Assembly: GCA_025355565.1 (NCBI GenBank)
Contig: JANXZK010000002.1
Coordinates: 15,238-79,237 of the forward strand
Reading direction: 5' to 3'
DNA length: 64,000 nt
Source of the DNA: a bacterium
GTDB lineage: Bacteria > Patescibacteriota > Minisyncoccia > Phycocordibacterales > PALSA-1337
Within the stretch, counting starts at the first letter, position 1. The number at the start of each line of letters is the position of its first letter. Positions 20,180-30,489 of the stretch are shown here, one piece after another. A program made the translations under genes and the position numbers. The notes beneath the pieces were generated by a model. The model was given only the letters and a program-made list of their open reading frames with translations. It had not been told where the DNA came from and made no database searches.

Positions 20180-20665
20180 TTAGAACGGTATGTCGTCCGG
20201 ATTGATCTCTTCTTGTGGATAATCGATCTTGTCTTTCTCTGCGGGTGCTTCACCATCCTTCGGCGCTCCGGAGGCAGAACTAGACGCGCTCTCGGCAACA
20301 TTCCCCGCGGGAGATCCTGTCCCGCTCACACTTCCCGCTCCCTTGAACCCGAATTGGACGTTCTCGGCGATGATCTCAGTTCGATACTTCTTCTCGCCGT
20401 TCGGTGCGTCCCAGCTCCTCGTCTGGATACGACCCTCGACTAGCGCCTGCTGGCCTTTCTTCAGATACTGAGCTGACAACTCACCGAGCTTGGCAAAAGC
20501 GACGATGTTATGAAAATCCACGACATCCTTGCGCTGACCGTCTTTGTCTTTGAAAGAACGATTCGTCGCTATCCCGAAGCTACAAACTTTGATACCCGAT
20601 GGGAGAGCCTTGATCTCAGGATCTCTCGTTAGATTCCCTATGATATATGCCTTGTTTAAGTACAT
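20180..20665 (-). CDS. ssb: Single-stranded DNA-binding protein
   Basis: NKA.IIGNLTRDPE, VEGRIQTRSW, C-terminal DDIPF. Confidence 0.97.
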   Translation of the reverse strand: MYLNKAYIIGNLTRDPEIKALPSGIKVCSFGIATNRSFKDKDGQRKDVVDFHNIVAFAKLGELSAQYLKKGQQALVEGRIQTRSWDAPNGEKKYRTEIIAENVQFGFKGAGSVSGTGSPAGNVAESASSSASGAPKDGEAPAEKDKIDYPQEEINPDDIPF

Positions 20666-20698
20666 GATAGTTGCAAAGTTACTTGTTGTTAATATGCT

Positions 20699-21226
20699 CT
20701 ATTTTACCTCTCTGACCATAGCATCAATACTCTTGTCCATCTCCTCGATAGTTGCTGGGGCTACATCTTTTGCGGCCTCTGTGATCGCTCCGACTCCGGC
20801 ACCAGCGATAGCTACCGGCTCGAATGCGCGCTTTGGCATGATAGCTACGGCGATCTGTGAAGCTCTCTTGCCTAGATATGTATTCTCCTTCGTTGTGGAG
20901 AGTAATATCATGCGCAAAACTGAAGGCATGAGCTCAACAGACTTCTTTACTGCTTCCACCACGCTCGAACTGACTTCGAACTTTACCCAGCCAAAATACG
21001 CCTTATCATACTTTTCATATGATCCGGACACAGTCTTCACTCTCATCGTATAGGCTAGATGCTCGAGGTGAGGCATCTCATCGGCGATGATGGTGGCACC
21101 GGCTTTCGTTATGATACCCTTCACTTTCTCGGCCTCATCGGAGACTTTCTCCTCTGCGACTGATCCAGCGACCAAGTATCCTATCTCGTAGACCGCTAAA
21201 CGGTCATCTATATTGTTTTCTTCCAT
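20699..21226 (-). CDS. rpsF: 30S ribosomal protein S6
   Basis: YEIGYL...LAY.M...AYFG...VLR; rpsF-ssb-rpsR synteny; start ATG 21226. Confidence 0.88.
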   Translation of the reverse strand: MEENNIDDRLAVYEIGYLVAGSVAEEKVSDEAEKVKGIITKAGATIIADEMPHLEHLAYTMRVKTVSGSYEKYDKAYFGWVKFEVSSSVVEAVKKSVELMPSVLRMILLSTTKENTYLGKRASQIAVAIMPKRAFEPVAIAGAGVGAITEAAKDVAPATIEEMDKSIDAMVREVK

Positions 21227-21574
21227 ATATTGTTTGCGACCAGTGGCCCTTGAACTGGGATCTTCTCTGCTTTCGGCTTCGAAGAACTGACCGCGATTAC
21301 TGATAATGTAACACGAGATTAACACAGATATTACCCCCTTGCAAGAGTATCGACCCCTCGATCACCTCTCCACTATCTCTCTCATGCAGGCAAGAAAAAT
21401 AGCATGTTCATTGAGGCCGTCAAACTGTATCATACGAGAGATAAAATCCTGATAAAAAAGGCCTCAAAAATCGATAAAGAAAAGTTCAAATTTCGATAAA
21501 GTAATCATCAAATTTGGCCGCATATGTCGTGCCCGCGTAAAACGAGTCCTGCCCTCAGTATCTTTACTGTTTTG

Positions 21575-22399
21575 CTATATCCCGAAGAGCTGCTTTGCAT
21601 TCTGTAGTAACTGTTTTGCAACTTTCGCTTCGTCTTCACCACGAATTTTGGCGATCTGCTTCACCACTTCGATGACATAAACTGGCTCATTCCGCTGACC
21701 TCGATAGGGTATCGGCGACACGAACGGACAATCTGTCTCTGTCAATATCTTTTCGAGTGGCACAGACCTGATCAGTTCGTCATAGTCACGAGTGAAAGTG
21801 ATCACACCAGTAAATGAAATGCTGCATCCAGCGGCTAATACATTCTCCATGTCCTCCTTCGAACCAGAGAAAAAGTGAAAGTCCGCCGGAACTTTGGCAT
21901 GATCTTTGAGGATTTGAATAGCGTCGGCGTATGCATTCGGAGTATCTTGAATAGCCGCAGCCGGATTATTCGCGACTATTTTCCTCTTTATATTCCTGAC
22001 ATGCAACATGAGAGGTTTGCCCACACTATTCGCAACCTCGATATGCTGGATGAATACTTTCTCCTGAATCGCCATCTCTCCAGGACTCGTTGCTCCAGAA
22101 TATTCCAATCCACACTCACCTATCGCCACAACCTCGTCGTGCTTGGCGAGCGCGGTGAATGCTGGAATATCGAACATCTCATCTCCCCTCGAACCATCAG
22201 TCTCCGTTGGATGTAGACCGACCACGGCCCACATATGATCATGGCCTTCTGCCAATTTGACACAATCATTCGATGAAACTATATCTGTTCCGACTACGAC
22301 GATGCCGACACCAGCATCATGTGCTCGTTTTATCACTTCATCCCTATCTACGTCATATTCAGGAAAATTGATATGACCGTGTATGTCTATGTAATTCAT
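21575..22399 (-). CDS. tatD: TatD-family nuclease/hydrolase
   Basis: IDIHGH, GLHP, AIGECGL, LHVR, HFF, ETDCPF...RG.RNEP. Confidence 0.93.
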   Translation of the reverse strand: MNYIDIHGHINFPEYDVDRDEVIKRAHDAGVGIVVVGTDIVSSNDCVKLAEGHDHMWAVVGLHPTETDGSRGDEMFDIPAFTALAKHDEVVAIGECGLEYSGATSPGEMAIQEKVFIQHIEVANSVGKPLMLHVRNIKRKIVANNPAAAIQDTPNAYADAIQILKDHAKVPADFHFFSGSKEDMENVLAAGCSISFTGVITFTRDYDELIRSVPLEKILTETDCPFVSPIPYRGQRNEPVYVIEVVKQIAKIRGEDEAKVAKQLLQNAKQLFGI

Positions 22400-22403
22400 A
22401 CCT

Positions 22404-23907
22404 CTATTTTCTCAAGAATAACGGCTTTTCTGGCATTTTATTTTCACGAATACAAACCAGGATCTTCTCTGCAGTCTCAGGTAAAAATGGCAACAACATA
22501 ACCGCGATCTCATTCAATGATGTTACGAGCTCGATCATCAACTTTACACCCTTTTCTCTATCAGTTTTGACGAGTGTGAAAGGCTGATCTTTTTGGATCT
22601 TCTGGTCGAGTGATGCGATCTTTTCCCAAACGACATTCATCGCTTTTTGTAGATTGAAACTCTCTATCGCCTCAAAGAATTCTGGACTCTGAAGACCGGC
22701 GAACTCGTTTGAATCCTGAATCTTGAATCATGTGCGCTTCCGCCATCTTCATGATCCTCGACGTCAGATTGCCGATACCGTTTGCTAACCCGGCATTGTA
22801 TGCTTCTTTGAATTTTTCTATAGTAAATGGGCTGTCTTCAAATGGGTGCAATTCCTTGGTTACAAAATACCTGAATGCGTCAGTACCGAATTCGGCCACG
22901 ACATTCATCGGATTGACGGTATTACCCAGAGATTTGGACATCTTCACACCCCCTTCACCTGTGACAAAACCATTGATGACGATGACCCTAGAAGGCGTGA
23001 GCCCGACTGCCATGAGCATAGCTTGCCACATTGCGGACTGTTGGCGCAGATTGTCCTTACCACAATACTGCGCTGCGCCACCGGTTTCTGTCCACCATTT
23101 CACGAACGTCTTCTGGTCATGAGGCCAACCGATCGCTGAGATATAGTTGACCAGAGCATCGAACCAGACGTACATAACATGCGTAGGGTCGCCAGGTACA
23201 GCTATGCCCCATGGCATCTTGCTAGCGAGTCTGGTCACACTGAAATCCTCGAGTCCCCTTTCGACAAAGGCACGGATCTCATTTAGCCTAGAATTAGGAA
23301 TGACAAATGAGTGCTTGCTCTCGGCGTTCGCTTCCGACGAGGCACCACGCTCATAGAGATCCATGAGAGCCTTTTGATACACGCTGAAACGAAAGAAATA
23401 ATTCTCTTCTTCGATGACTTCTATGCTCTGCAATGGATGCAGTGGACAGCGACCATCTACTAGTTCCGACTCTGTCTTTTCCAGTTCACAACCTACACAG
23501 TATTTTATAGAATAATTCTTCTTGTAGATGAGACCATTCTTGTCGGCGATCTTCCAGAATTCCTGCGCCGCCAACACGTGATGTGGATCAGTAGTACGCG
23601 TAAAAGTAATTTCTGACATGATCCCCAATCGAGGCAACATCTCTCTGAATTTGGCGGCCGCGGCATCAACATAGGTTTGCGGATCCAGGTGTTCTTGGAT
23701 AGCCTTTTGATAGATTTTCACACCATGTTCATCTGTTCCTGTATTGAAAAACACGTCAAAACCCATGAGTTTCTTGTACCTTGCGATCACGTCAGCTCTC
23801 ACGAATTCTAGCGCATGGCCGATGTGCGGCTCTGCGTTTACATACGGCAAAGTCGTAGTGATGTAAAATGGCTTTTTTGCAGCTACCTTGGGCACTTTTT
23901 TTATCAT
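22404..23907 (-). CDS. metG: Methionyl-tRNA synthetase, reading frame broken at about 22710-22728
   Basis: TTTLPYVN..PHIGH, GTDEHG, YVWFDAL.NY, KMSKS; anticodon-domain remainder (PEFFEAIESFNLQKAMNVVW...LLPFLPETA) lies in the +1 frame to 22404. Confidence 0.9.
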
Positions 23908-23971
23908 TGGGAATAGTGTACAGGGAAAATGACGTTCGGGCAAAGAGTGGACAGGTGGGGGTTACAAACAG

Positions 23972-25066
23972 CTATCTCCCAGCCTTTTCCAAAACTGCCC
24001 TTTCGGCCCTCTCGGCATTTTTGTACTTCTCAATGTCATTTATATACTCCATGAGGGCCGCTGACAGAGGTACCGCGATCAGAGCTCCGAGGACACCAGC
24101 GAGTTTAGCTCCGATCACCAAGGCGAGGATAACTACGATCGGTGATATGCCAACGATCTTTCGCACCACCAGTGGATAGAAAACCTGACTTTCTAGTTGA
24201 TAGATGATGAGGTAAAGTCCGACCAAGAGCAGTCCGATACCGAGTCCTCTATCTGTAAAAGCAAGGAGGATCGGTGGTATCGAAGAAATGATCGGTCCGA
24301 ATATTGGGATGATCTCTAAGATCGCCGCTAGTAAAGCAAATAAAAGGGCGTGATTGATGCCAACGGAGATTAACAGGATATACACCAGGATACCGACAAC
24401 AATACCCAAGATGACTTGCCCTTGGAGCCACAAAGCGATCTTGCGTTGGGAACGTTTCCAAAGGTCGATGATGTAATCATGATGTTTGACTGGAGCGACA
24501 ATGCGTAAAAAGTCATCTACTCCTTCTTCTTTGACAGCCAAGTAGAATGACAGAACCACGATCAAAATGAAACTAAACAAACCACCGAATACGGCACCGG
24601 CGGTCTGGAACAGTGTCTCACTGCTTCCTACGACCAATGCACGCAATTGGTTAACTATGTCAGATAGAGACAGTACGTGTTCTCCGAAACTGTAAGACGA
24701 CCCGAAATTGAGGCCGATATTGCTGATAGGGCTCCACAATTCTTGGAACGAAACCGTTTTTGGCAATGTTGCCAAGAAATTCGTCGCATCGCTCACGATG
24801 AGAGGCATAAAGAATATGAGTATTCCGGCAAGGACGAGCGCGAGCACAACGTATATGCCGATGACACTGGCGATCCTATGGATTTTTCGCCTCTTTAGGC
24901 GTCTCACTAGTGGCTCGATAGCGGAAGCGATGACAACGGCGGCCACGATGACTACCACCACATCAAACAGATAGTATATCGCCGCGAGCAGGACCAGGAT
25001 CAAGAAGAACCGGATGATCGTACCCGTACTCACATTGATCTTCGTTGATGAAACTGGTTCTGGCAT
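23972..25066 (-). CDS. AI-2E (PerM/TqsA) family transporter
   Basis: IIPIFGPII, QLE.....P.V...VGISP..V.LAL..G..LAGVLGALIAVP; start ATG 25066. Confidence 0.88.
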   Translation of the reverse strand: MPEPVSSTKINVSTGTIIRFFLILVLLAAIYYLFDVVVVIVAAVVIASAIEPLVRRLKRRKIHRIASVIGIYVVLALVLAGILIFFMPLIVSDATNFLATLPKTVSFQELWSPISNIGLNFGSSYSFGEHVLSLSDIVNQLRALVVGSSETLFQTAGAVFGGLFSFILIVVLSFYLAVKEEGVDDFLRIVAPVKHHDYIIDLWKRSQRKIALWLQGQVILGIVVGILVYILLISVGINHALLFALLAAILEIIPIFGPIISSIPPILLAFTDRGLGIGLLLVGLYLIIYQLESQVFYPLVVRKIVGISPIVVILALVIGAKLAGVLGALIAVPLSAALMEYINDIEKYKNAERAERAVLEKAGR

Positions 25067-25103
25067 ATATGATTGTCGACTTATTATATGAACAATGCAG
25101 CAA

Positions 25104-26375
25104 TTAATCAAACTTGAAATATGGCTTGAAAACCTCTGCATCCTTGAATTTCCCTATGATCGCCAAGTTTAGACCGCTATTCACAAATATCTCTCTGGCC
25201 AATTTCCTAACATCCGCCGCTGTCACTAAACTGACTTTCTTCATGAATTCTTCGGGTGTATCGATCTCTTGCTTTAGGATCTCCTGAAAGCCACAGTATT
25301 CGGCTCGCGATTCTGAAGTCTCGAGCTCGAGGAGTGTAGTGCCGGAAATATAGTCCTTCACTTTCTTGAGTTCGGCATCACCTACTAGCTCATCTTTCAA
25401 AAGGGCGCACTGTTTCAAAATCTCTCTGATAGCCTCCTCGACACGTGCATTGTCGACACCAGCGGAAATAGAGAGATCTCCATGATCAGTGAATGGATCA
25501 TGTGCGGCACGAATGTAATAACAGATGCCCATCTCATCTCGGAGCTTGCTGAAAAGCCGAGAGCTCATTCCTCCACCGAGGATCGTTGTTAGAACTGTCA
25601 TAGTTGGGATCCTCCTATCACTGATGGCGAACGTTCGCGTAGCGATAACTAGATACGTCTGATCTGTTTCCTTGTAATGCGTTCTTATCGCTGGAGATTT
25701 CTGATCTTCTACAACAGCGAGTTTCGGTCTTTTCTCATCGTTCTTGACAGTGACAAACGTTTTCTCGATCATTTTTATCGTCTCTTTTTCATCAAACGAG
25801 CCCGCTACAAGAACCGTCGTAGCACTGCTAACATAATGGTCTTTCCTATATTTTATAAAATCGTTGCGATCGAACGATCTCACGCTATCCTCAGTTCCGA
25901 GAACACTCCATCCTGCCGGCTGATCCCCGAACATGAGTTCGGACATGATCTCGTGAACATGTCGCTGTGGGAGATCGTTATACATGCGTATTTCTTCGAT
26001 GATCACTCCTTTTTCCTTAGTGATCTCCGTTTCTTTGAACAATGGATTCATGTACATATCCCCCACCACGTCCAGTGCTTGATCGAGGTGATCGGAAGCA
26101 ACTTTCGCGTAGTATCCTGTGAATTCTTGAGTCGTGAATGCGTTGTATTGCGCGCCGAGAGAGTCGAGCTCGCGCGAGATGTCGCTAGCTTTTGGACGTC
26201 GCGGTGTTCCTTTGAACACCATATGCTCCAAAAAATGAGATATGCCGTTCTGTTTCACCGTCTCATATTTCGATCCCGCTTCGACCATGACGAGTACTGT
26301 CACTGAAGGATTGTCAGGCATAGGCACAGTTATCACCCTGAGCCCGCTTTTAAAAATGGTCTTATTGAATTTCAT
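25104..26375 (-). CDS. M16 (pitrilysin-like) zinc peptidase
   Basis: GISHFLEHMVFKGT (HxxEH), NAFT, EKGVIIEEI, GGGMSSRLF..LR. Confidence 0.93.
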   Translation of the reverse strand: MKFNKTIFKSGLRVITVPMPDNPSVTVLVMVEAGSKYETVKQNGISHFLEHMVFKGTPRRPKASDISRELDSLGAQYNAFTTQEFTGYYAKVASDHLDQALDVVGDMYMNPLFKETEITKEKGVIIEEIRMYNDLPQRHVHEIMSELMFGDQPAGWSVLGTEDSVRSFDRNDFIKYRKDHYVSSATTVLVAGSFDEKETIKMIEKTFVTVKNDEKRPKLAVVEDQKSPAIRTHYKETDQTYLVIATRTFAISDRRIPTMTVLTTILGGGMSSRLFSKLRDEMGICYYIRAAHDPFTDHGDLSISAGVDNARVEEAIREILKQCALLKDELVGDAELKKVKDYISGTTLLELETSESRAEYCGFQEILKQEIDTPEEFMKKVSLVTAADVRKLAREIFVNSGLNLAIIGKFKDAEVFKPYFKFD

Positions 26376-26402
26376 GAGGATATTACTGTAACACAGAAAC
26401 TT

Positions 26403-27770
26403 TTAATTGACACCACCGATCCTTTCTTTCAAATAGCCGAGTAGATCCGCCTCCGCGACTCTCTCCTGTTTACCAGAATCTCGATCACGAACAGTGACTC
26501 CATTGCCCTTTTCAATAGTCTCAAAATCTACCGTGACACAGAGCGGTGTGCCGATCTCGTCCTGACGGCGGTAGCGTTTACCGATGTTGCCGTTGTCGTC
26601 GTAGTCGGTCATCGGAATCTCTTTCTGAATAGTCTTGAAGATCTCCTCAGCTTTCTTTATGAGCTCAGGCTTATTGCGCAGCAATGGGAACACGGCCACC
26701 TTATACGGCGCAACTCTAGGATGAAGCCTTAGATACACTCTCTTTTCCTTTTTCTCTTCTTTGCCTTCCTCCTTTACTGAGCCCATCTCATCTTCGGTGT
26801 ACGCATCGCAAAGGATGGCCAATACCGTTCGGTCCAATCCAAATGACGGCTCGATGCAATGCGGGATGAATCTCTCTTTTGTTTCTTCATCATAATAAGA
26901 CAGACCGACTTTGCTAAAGTCTGAATGCTGTTTCAGATCGAAATCTCCGCGATACGCCAAACCGTATAGTTCTTTTTTGCCAAATGGAAAATCATATTCG
27001 AAATCGATGGTACGTTTTGAATAATGGGCACGGTCTGATTCTGGGACTTCCAACTCATGGACTTTAGATGCGGTTAGCCCGACATCGTTCATAAATCCTT
27101 TCATCTCCGTTCTGAAATACTCGAAAGACTCTTCCCATTTCTTTGGGTTGACGAAATATTCTATCTCCATCTGTTCGAATTCGCGCGAACGGAAGAGGAA
27201 ATCTCTTGGGGCGATCTCATTTCTGAAGGCCTTGCCTATTTGAGCCATTCCGAATGGCAACCTCGGGTGTTGAGTATCGAGTATGTTTTTGAAATTGACA
27301 AACATGCCCTGCGCCGTTTCTGGACGTAGATACGAGATCGAAGAGTCGTCCTGGATAGCACCGACATGCGTCTCAAACATCATATTAAATTTCCTCTCTG
27401 CGCCGAGCTCGCCGCCACAGTCTGGACATTTCTTCTTTGTCGCCGCATCGCCTTCTATCTGATCGGCGCGAAATCTATGCTTGCATTTCTTGCATTCAAC
27501 TAGCGGATCAGCAAAACCGGCCGCATGACCGCTCGCCTGCCAGACTTTTTGGTTCATGAGGATAGCGGCGTCTACCTTGAACATATTCCTTTTCCCCCAA
27601 ACAAAACGTCGATACCAAGCTTCTTTGATATTCCATTTCAAGGCTTCGCCGAACGGCCCATAATCCCATGTCCCGGCCAAACCGCCATATATCTCCGATC
27701 CTTGAAAAACGAAACCGCGTCGCTTGCATAGGGCGACGATCGCGTCCATTTTGTCCTCTTTTTTATCCAT
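26403..27770 (-). CDS. glyQS: Glycyl-tRNA synthetase, alpha2 type
   Basis: EIYGG, LRPETAQG.F.NF, GKAFRNEI.P, REFEQME.E, IEPSFG.DR, IGKRYRRQDEIGTP. Confidence 0.95.
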   Translation of the reverse strand: MDKKEDKMDAIVALCKRRGFVFQGSEIYGGLAGTWDYGPFGEALKWNIKEAWYRRFVWGKRNMFKVDAAILMNQKVWQASGHAAGFADPLVECKKCKHRFRADQIEGDAATKKKCPDCGGELGAERKFNMMFETHVGAIQDDSSISYLRPETAQGMFVNFKNILDTQHPRLPFGMAQIGKAFRNEIAPRDFLFRSREFEQMEIEYFVNPKKWEESFEYFRTEMKGFMNDVGLTASKVHELEVPESDRAHYSKRTIDFEYDFPFGKKELYGLAYRGDFDLKQHSDFSKVGLSYYDEETKERFIPHCIEPSFGLDRTVLAILCDAYTEDEMGSVKEEGKEEKKEKRVYLRLHPRVAPYKVAVFPLLRNKPELIKKAEEIFKTIQKEIPMTDYDDNGNIGKRYRRQDEIGTPLCVTVDFETIEKGNGVTVRDRDSGKQERVAEADLLGYLKERIGGVN

Positions 27771-27831
27771 ATAGGTATTCTACACTTATTTTGACCCTTG
27801 TTACAAGGGATGCCCTGGGAGGCACTGGGTC

Positions 27832-29772
27832 CTACTTCACCACATTTCCATCACCATCTTTGTAGGCCGGATCCGTACTGAATCGAGTGTTGAGAACATC
27901 CTGCGTGCTAGTCAATCGGGTTCCGGTAAACGAATCCGTCGCCCCGAGAGTCGCCTGCCCGAGCAATGTTAGTGGCTGACCGACATCAGTTATGGCTGGG
28001 GTAACCGAGACTTGGAAAGATACCTCTCTCCTATTTTGTGCATCCAAGGTGTAGGTGCTCATATTGCCAACCTGCCACGAAACCTTGCCCGTGTTAGGAT
28101 CATAAGTCACATTTTCTGTGCTCGGGCTCACACTATTCAACCATTTGACATACGCGGGGAGTGTCGCAGAGACGACAGCGCTACCGACGGCGCTCGAGGT
28201 ATTATCGACGTCCCATATCACAGTAAATGTCGTAGTCTTCTCGACCTTCACGGGGATCGGACCAGTATTCACGAATGGTCCGACAGTACGCGCCACTCTT
28301 CCAGACAAACTGACACTCGAGGCGATGCGGATGGTTCGCGAGACTGCGGCTGAGAGGTTGCTAGAGACATTGGTCTCCTGGGTACGATCAGCAGAAACAT
28401 TTGCGGAGATTTGTATGATCGGATTGACCACTGATCCCGATAGCAGATCCGAATTCTTCGGAGTCAACCTGAATGATACCGTGCCACTCTCGCCTGCACC
28501 GATAGAAGAAAACTCCGGATTCGTTTGCTGATTCCAGACGATCTCATCCGTACCAGATTTGAAATATCCTTTCCCCGGTTGCACGCTTGATTTGTCGTAT
28601 GCGGAGCCAGATATCTTCGCAGTAACTACCATGTTCGAAACAGCGACGGGCAAATTGTTTGACCAATTGATCTCGACACTATCGCCTTGGCCGAATTGAC
28701 CGATATAATCTGCGCCAGGTCGGTCGTTGTCCACTGACATGGTAAGCGCGATGAATGGCTTCTGCACGATCATGTCCTGTTCGATCGCCACATATTGCGT
28801 GCCGATATTTCTCGCGTCAGTAGAACTCTGCGCGCCCACGGCGAAACGGAATACTCGGTCATCATTATTCTCTCCGGTAAGCTTACCGTGTATGATTATT
28901 TTCCTCTCGGCACCAGGCGGTATATCCCCTATCTTCCAGGTAGCGTTGCCGGCTAGGGGCTTCAAATCAGATGAGATGAACGAATAGCCGAATGGATATA
29001 TGGCCTTGAAAACGATATTTTTTAAAGTTTCCTGAGAATTGGATTTTAGATTGACCTTCATATCATATTCCTGACCAGAAGAAACTTCTTTGAAAGTATC
29101 AACTGATAACCCTATCGGCGAAGAATTGATCAGCACGTCATATGATTTGTTCTTTGAGAACAGCGAATTGGTGCCTTTGACTTTGTATGTAACCGTGACG
29201 ACGATGGACTTTTGCATATTCTCCTCTCCGAACATGATCGCTCTCACCGTCCTCATAGCCATGCCTCCAGCGCGGATGTCTCCTATGAGTTCTCGGTAAT
29301 TCTTGAGCTCCTTGGTCGAATCATTCGGATCTGTCGTTCCCGCGGGGAAATCGACAGCGAGATCGACGAGCTGCAAATCCACATTGTTTTTGTTCGTCAC
29401 AATGATGTCGAGGGGCACAGGCGTACCCCCAGGAATCGAAACCGGGCCGTTGATCGTGATGTCGATATTGTTAGCCGATATGAGGTTCCCGCCATTAAAG
29501 AAGAGGTACGCGCCCAAACCTAGAGCAACGACACAAAAGATGACTGAGCCAAAAAGGATCTTTTTTAGATATGACATCGAATGATCCTCATAGTGCTTAT
29601 TTAAAACCGGCTCGACTGTTTCCACCTTTGGTTCTTCCCAGGTAGTCTTCACATCTGACGCAGTATCATTGAAGCGCAATTTACGGCGTGTGCGCACATC
29701 TGGAGCATTTCTCGAATAGAGTGTCTTCTTCAATTCGTCAATGTAGCTGTTGTCTTCTGATGATGGAGGCAT
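27832..29772 (-). CDS. Single-TM protein with large extracellular beta/Ig-like region, function unknown
   Basis: 646-aa ORF, one TM near residue 75-90, repeated beta-rich W..G.I..G segments. Confidence 0.65.
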   Translation of the reverse strand: MPPSSEDNSYIDELKKTLYSRNAPDVRTRRKLRFNDTASDVKTTWEEPKVETVEPVLNKHYEDHSMSYLKKILFGSVIFCVVALGLGAYLFFNGGNLISANNIDITINGPVSIPGGTPVPLDIIVTNKNNVDLQLVDLAVDFPAGTTDPNDSTKELKNYRELIGDIRAGGMAMRTVRAIMFGEENMQKSIVVTVTYKVKGTNSLFSKNKSYDVLINSSPIGLSVDTFKEVSSGQEYDMKVNLKSNSQETLKNIVFKAIYPFGYSFISSDLKPLAGNATWKIGDIPPGAERKIIIHGKLTGENNDDRVFRFAVGAQSSTDARNIGTQYVAIEQDMIVQKPFIALTMSVDNDRPGADYIGQFGQGDSVEINWSNNLPVAVSNMVVTAKISGSAYDKSSVQPGKGYFKSGTDEIVWNQQTNPEFSSIGAGESGTVSFRLTPKNSDLLSGSVVNPIIQISANVSADRTQETNVSSNLSAAVSRTIRIASSVSLSGRVARTVGPFVNTGPIPVKVEKTTTFTVIWDVDNTSSAVGSAVVSATLPAYVKWLNSVSPSTENVTYDPNTGKVSWQVGNMSTYTLDAQNRREVSFQVSVTPAITDVGQPLTLLGQATLGATDSFTGTRLTSTQDVLNTRFSTDPAYKDGDGNVVK

Positions 29773-29825
29773 TCGCTATATTTTACAACTAAAGGCAAAA
29801 AATGGCGAACCCCTCTACAACCCCT

Positions 29826-30461
29826 CTACAACATCGACTCATGTAAAGCTTTATTTATATGCTGATTCAATATCGCTCTTTCATTGGCCAATTCCTGTAG
29901 CGATCTTACAGACACTTTCGTCGATATGATCTCTTCCAATGATTCAGGCAGCTTGCCAATATAGCCGAGCGCATGTAGCATCTTGGCAACTATCAATGAT
30001 TCAAATGTTTCGAGATCGGCTTCATCTCTAGTCGTACGGTCTGCCTGAAGCCGCTGCAAGAACTCCACACTCCCGATTATGTGGTCGAACAATTCCGGAT
30101 GCGGCTCTTCGCCCTGAAGTAAACGTCGGAGTAGCAGAGCCAGTCTCGCGATCAATTCTCGCGATTTTTCTCCATACTCACTACTTCTTGCCCCCTCCTC
30201 CAATCTCAAACCCCTAATCTCCATACTTCCAATTTCATCCGCGCCAGTCAGCCTCCAATACTCCCTCCCTCTCACCAGCGAGTATGTCCCGAATGAATGG
30301 TCCTGGATATGATACCGCAATTTGGATCTCTCCAACCGTATACCCTGTGCCGTGGCATATATCAGTCCGAATTCGCGTGTAAAGACGATCAGAATCTTCC
30401 CCGCGTCGCCATATGGGCGCGAGCCGATGATGAATCCAGGTGTTGTATGAACGGTATGCAT
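29826..30461 (-). CDS. recO: DNA repair protein RecO
   Basis: T.GFII.SRPYGDA.K....FTR.FG.I...AQG.R...SKL N-terminal OB motif. Confidence 0.8.
   Translation of the reverse strand: MHTVHTTPGFIIGSRPYGDAGKILIVFTREFGLIYATAQGIRLERSKLRYHIQDHSFGTYSLVRGREYWRLTGADEIGSMEIRGLRLEEGARSSEYGEKSRELIARLALLLRRLLQGEEPHPELFDHIIGSVEFLQRLQADRTTRDEADLETFESLIVAKMLHALGYIGKLPESLEEIISTKVSVRSLQELANERAILNQHINKALHESML
30167..30230 (-). repeat. Degenerate heptamer-periodic in-frame insert in recO
   Basis: GGAAGTA TGGAGAT TAGGGGT TTGAGAT TGGAGGA GGGGGCA AGAAGTA GTGAGTA TGGAGAA. Confidence 0.5.
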
Positions 30462-30489
30462 ATTGCCGCGCAGGGTCTATCCTCGTCAT

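Noticed and set aside
22672-22674. TGA readthrough (genetic code 25) as the explanation for the short metG
   Set aside because: The remainder of metG is in a different frame, and TGA ends other intact genes such as ftsK, recA and ileS.
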